From Takakia lepidozioides (Eukaryota > Plantae > Bryophyta), in the NCBI GenBank assembly GCA_030704615.1, contig CM060732.1:73346001-73410000 (forward strand): a DNA stretch of 64,000 nt. Reading direction: 5' to 3'. The notes under the pieces were generated by a model. It made no database searches. It saw only the letters and a list, made by a program, of their open reading frames with translations, and was not told the DNA's origin. Each line of letters begins with the position of its first letter. Position 1 is the first letter of the stretch. This document shows positions 60,201 to 64,000 of this stretch, one piece after another. The translations under genes and the position numbers were made by a program.

Positions 60201-61669
60201 TTTCATGCTACATCGACATTTTTTTGTCTCCTCACATGTCATTGTGTGAGAGGGTACAATCTGCTGCGAAGGTATCATTTTTTTTCAGATTGTGGAAGTT
60301 GTGGCTATTCCAGCACGAGGTGTATAATCTGAAATCCTTCTTCATTAGCAGGGAAGCATACTTGGATTTACAAATTTCATGCCACTACGTGGTTCTACTT
60401 ATCAAATTGTTCAAGGATAAGTTTAATCATGTGCAAGTTCCTTTGAGCCTTGTTGGTTCAGATGTGTGTGAAATATTCTTCAGCAAAGTGGGAGGTATGT
60501 CACGGAATGAGAGGACATATGACGGGTGTGATTTGATTGAGAGTGCGGGAGCATTAACACGCATATCCGAGTTCGAGGCGAATCCAAAAGGACCCAAGTT
60601 CTCAAGAGCTCACAAGAAACAAGAACACATATGGTCTTCTTTGGAGAAGAAGCCAGGTATCCCCCTTGCTGATTTGTCCGACTTTTCTACTGTCCAATCG
60701 GATGATTGCATTGTGGAGGCTTTGAAAACTGGATTTCTAGAAGCGCAACTTTTATGCCATAAACTTGGGATGAAACCAAACAAAGCAACAAACTTGGATT
60801 GGTGAAATGAGCCATGGACAATTGAGAGACAAATGGAGGTCGAGCTATTCAAAAGCATGGAAGAGGAGGGTGATGATGTCAATGCCATAGATTCTATTTG
60901 TCCTCTTAATGCAGACACACATATTCAAAATGAGGTCGTGGAAGATGAATTGGTGTGCGGGCCTTCGAATTCAATGGAGGATGTTTTGAGCCAACCTTTG
61001 GATGATCATGCGGAAGAGGTACTTGTTCAAAGTGAATTGAGACATACTCTGGATGCTGTCATTGATGAGTTTGAACAAGAGAAAGATGGATCAAAGGCAG
61101 TGGTTCCATTTGTCAAAGTAGAGGGGAAGACCATATTCAAAAGCACTTTGGTTAGCCAACTCAATGGCAACCCTACTCTATCCAAGGATAGATTGACACG
61201 AGTAAGAAGTGCATCGATGTTGTTTTGCCGAGAAAACAAACCAACTACCAGCAACAAAGCCACGAGCTTGGGATTGGGTTCGGATTGTGATGTATTTTTT
61301 GTTGATGGGGAGACTGCGATCCAAACTACAAACATGAAAGGTAGACCAGGGAAAACCTGCAGAGGAGCAATCAAAGGCACTTGGTATTTGGGCAGGGTTC
61401 AAAGAATGCGGAAGAAAATCAATAAGCGGTTTGTAGAATCTAGGGATTCTGTTGATTTATTGGAGCGTCCTTCTCATATGGAGATTGGATTAGCATGGTA
61501 CCAAAAAATTCGAGGAGGGGTCTATACGTACGATTTGACGGATAACATGATGGTTGATTTGGATTCCATTATCGCGTTAGCATGTTTAAAGTACAATGTC
61601 AAGTCAAACACATATGTTCTTGATGCAAATGACCGAAAAGTCTTTGACAACTTTATCAAAGGCAAATAA
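57257..61669 (+). pseudogene. P-element-like DDE transposase (~1470 codons, two in-frame TGA)
   Basis: Three ORFs share one frame, broken only by TGA at 58493 and 60803. Motifs AEDET, ASDGD, QDFIH (D-x2-H), DRQN, SDVCEIFF; N-terminal C2H2-like fingers and KRGRPPK AT-hook. Confidence 0.7.
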
Positions 61670-61972
61670 TTTTTTTAATTAATTTGTTAGATTTTATTAT
61701 GTTTTAAATGAATAAATTCGATATAATATAAAAACATACATATACATATTGGAGGGTTATTTTTAATGATGAAAAATGAGAATATACATACAGAATGGGT
61801 ACTTTTCGAAAATTGTAAATTTTTGTATATTTACAGGAGGGGATTTTATAATCTTCAAAAAGTATGTACAGAGGGGGTATAAATTATCCAAGGACCCGTA
61901 TATAGGGAGTTTTTTTATTAGGCGACGAACGCACGTGATACGCACAGTTTATAAAGAGTGCACCCCCCCGGG

Positions 61973-64000
61973 GGCTAACCAAGGCATCTGAAGATCCCAA
62001 TCTCCTAGGTGTCCCTTCTGCAAGCCATACTTGCGCAAACCCCTCTTCACCATCTAAACAACTCTCTCTGCCAAGCCATCGGCCTCAGGATGATCTCAAG
62101 AAGTGGTACGGTGGTCTATCAAAACTTTATCACACAAAGCCTGAAACTTCCCCAAGAACTCTCTCCCTTGGTCCGTGAGCACCTCAGCTGGAGCACCGAA
62201 TCGGCTAAGCACACGATCCAAGAATGCATATGCAGCCCCCTCGCTAGCCTTGTCAGGCAATGGAACCAACCCAATCCACTTAGAGAAGTGTTCCACCATC
62301 ACCAACACATATATGTGGTGGCGCATAGTTAGTGGCAAAGGTCATGCGAAGTCAAGACTCCACATGTAGTCCAATCCCATGATCGGAAGAGGATGCAACT
62401 GGGGTGTAGGGGCGTTGAATGAAGCACGCACCTTGTTACACACCATGTACCAAGCCACGAACCGTTGCACCTCTGTGTGCATACCACGCCACCAATACTG
62501 CCCTTGCAGTAGACTGTGAATGCGTCGCACTCCAAACTGCCCCAACTCCTCATGGGCATGCCGCACTAACCGTGCACGCTGTGTTGGGTGAGGCACGATC
62601 CTCACCCGACCATCCTCCCACACTCGAAGCAGGTGTATCCCCTCCTACTTGAACCTCTTGGCTCGTTGCAGGATCCGATCCCTCTCCCTAGCAGTCACAG
62701 TGGCTGTCGTGTCTCCCGTGCGGAGGTAGTCCAACACAGCCGAATCCTCATATATATCTCTAGTACCACCTGGCTCATCACTAGCCTCAGGGTCCTCAGA
62801 CACTCCGTCTACAGTCATCCCTGTTGTAGGTCCAACCTGACCTCCCGATGCCAAGATACACAAAAATGGAGATGCGTGCCATCCCGACACCATCTCCTCG
62901 TCCGTCTCACCATGCCACTGAGCTCATGTGTCATCCTGCTGGCTCGTGCATGGATTGCGACTCAATCCATCCGCATCTCGATTGACCAAACTCGGTCGAT
63001 GCACAACCTGAAAGTCATACTCCTTGAGTATGAGTGCCCATCGTGCAAGCTTTCCCGTAAGCTTGTCTGATTCCATCAACCACTTGAGTGGCTGGTGATC
63101 CGTGACAAGGGTAAAGAGATTTCCGTAAAGATAGCACGTGAAATGTGCCACGACCCACACTGCAACGAAGCACTCTCCTTCATATGAGCTATACTTAGCC
63201 TCTGCAGCGTTGTTCGAGCGGCTAGCATAAGCCACTACGAACTCTCTTCCCTCATCATCCACCTGTGTGAGCACCGCTCCAAGCCCCAATATGCTCCAAT
63301 CTGTATGCACCTGAAAGGGACGCCCCCTGATAGGTCGTCTCAGGATAGGCGCCGAAGACAACCTCGCCTTGAGCTCTTGAAAAGTTTATTCCTGCTCATC
63401 TTCCCACTGCCACTCCTGGTCCACCTTGGTCAGCTTGGTTAGAGCCTTTGCAATGGTACTAAATCCCTTGACAAACCGTCTATAATAATTTGCCAACCCC
63501 ATGAAAGCTCGAACTCGACTCACATCCGTGGGGCGTGGAATTTGTGCAATGGCCTCTACCTTAGTCTGTTGTACCCCCAATCCTCCAGGATATATCATGT
63601 GACCCAGATACTCAATCTGGTTGTGGAAAAACTTGCACTTCCCCGGATGCAACTTCAATCCGTGTGCTCTCAAGCGCTCCAATACCACCTGCAGGTGTCT
63701 CTCATGCTCCTCCACTGTAGCGCTAAAGATGATGATGTCATCTATGTAGCACCGAGCAAAGTCCACCCCTGCTAGAATCCTATCCATGACTCTCTGAAAC
63801 TCTGCAGGAGCGTTCTTAAGCCCAAATGGTAAGAACCGCCACTGATATAGGCAATCTTTGCCGTGCTCATTGATCCCCCAGAATGTCGTCTTCTGCTTAT
63901 CCGCCTCCTTGATCGGCAACTGGTGATATCCGGATCGTAAATCCAAAGTGCTAAAGATCTTAGCATGCCCTATGGCATCAAAGATCTCCTCTGGTGTTGG
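61973..64000 (-). pseudogene. pol: Gypsy copy 2: RT, RNase H and integrase core with several stops; runs off the window
   Basis: Highly similar to 8371-10397; stops at 63386, 62924 and 62645, among others. Confidence 0.95.

Noticed and set aside
1-64000. CRISPR arrays, rRNA or prokaryotic operons
   Set aside because: None seen; intron-containing eukaryotic genes throughout.

Overview
This is eukaryotic nuclear DNA, most likely from a non-seed land plant (inferred from gene content and PPR style). The host genes are LEA_2/NHL-like, a PLS-DYW PPR editing factor, a NAT12-like transporter, an uncharacterised membrane protein, a PhoD-like phosphatase and a calmodulin-like protein, flanked by two TE-rich blocks. 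The main finding is a near-complete Ty3/Gypsy LTR retrotransposon (1-11752). Its polyprotein carries a DNMT3/DRM-like C5 cytosine methyltransferase with all catalytic motifs between protease and RT, and a PHD finger at the end of the integrase. It has no tRNA PBS; the bases after the 5' LTR are complementary to an LTR-internal sequence (Tf1-like self-priming), and this pairing is conserved in a diverged relative at about 52.5 kb. Its 3.5-kb leader holds a captured NADH-dehydrogenase fragment and an extra ORF. A second, decayed copy (minus strand, about 52.9-64 kb) is split by an 8.4-kb insert of LINE fragments and a P-element-like transposase gene. The DYW-PPR gene appears to be spliced in frame to an OSB-type 'PDF' ssDNA-binding motif. 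All calls come from reading the sequence by eye; no searches were run.
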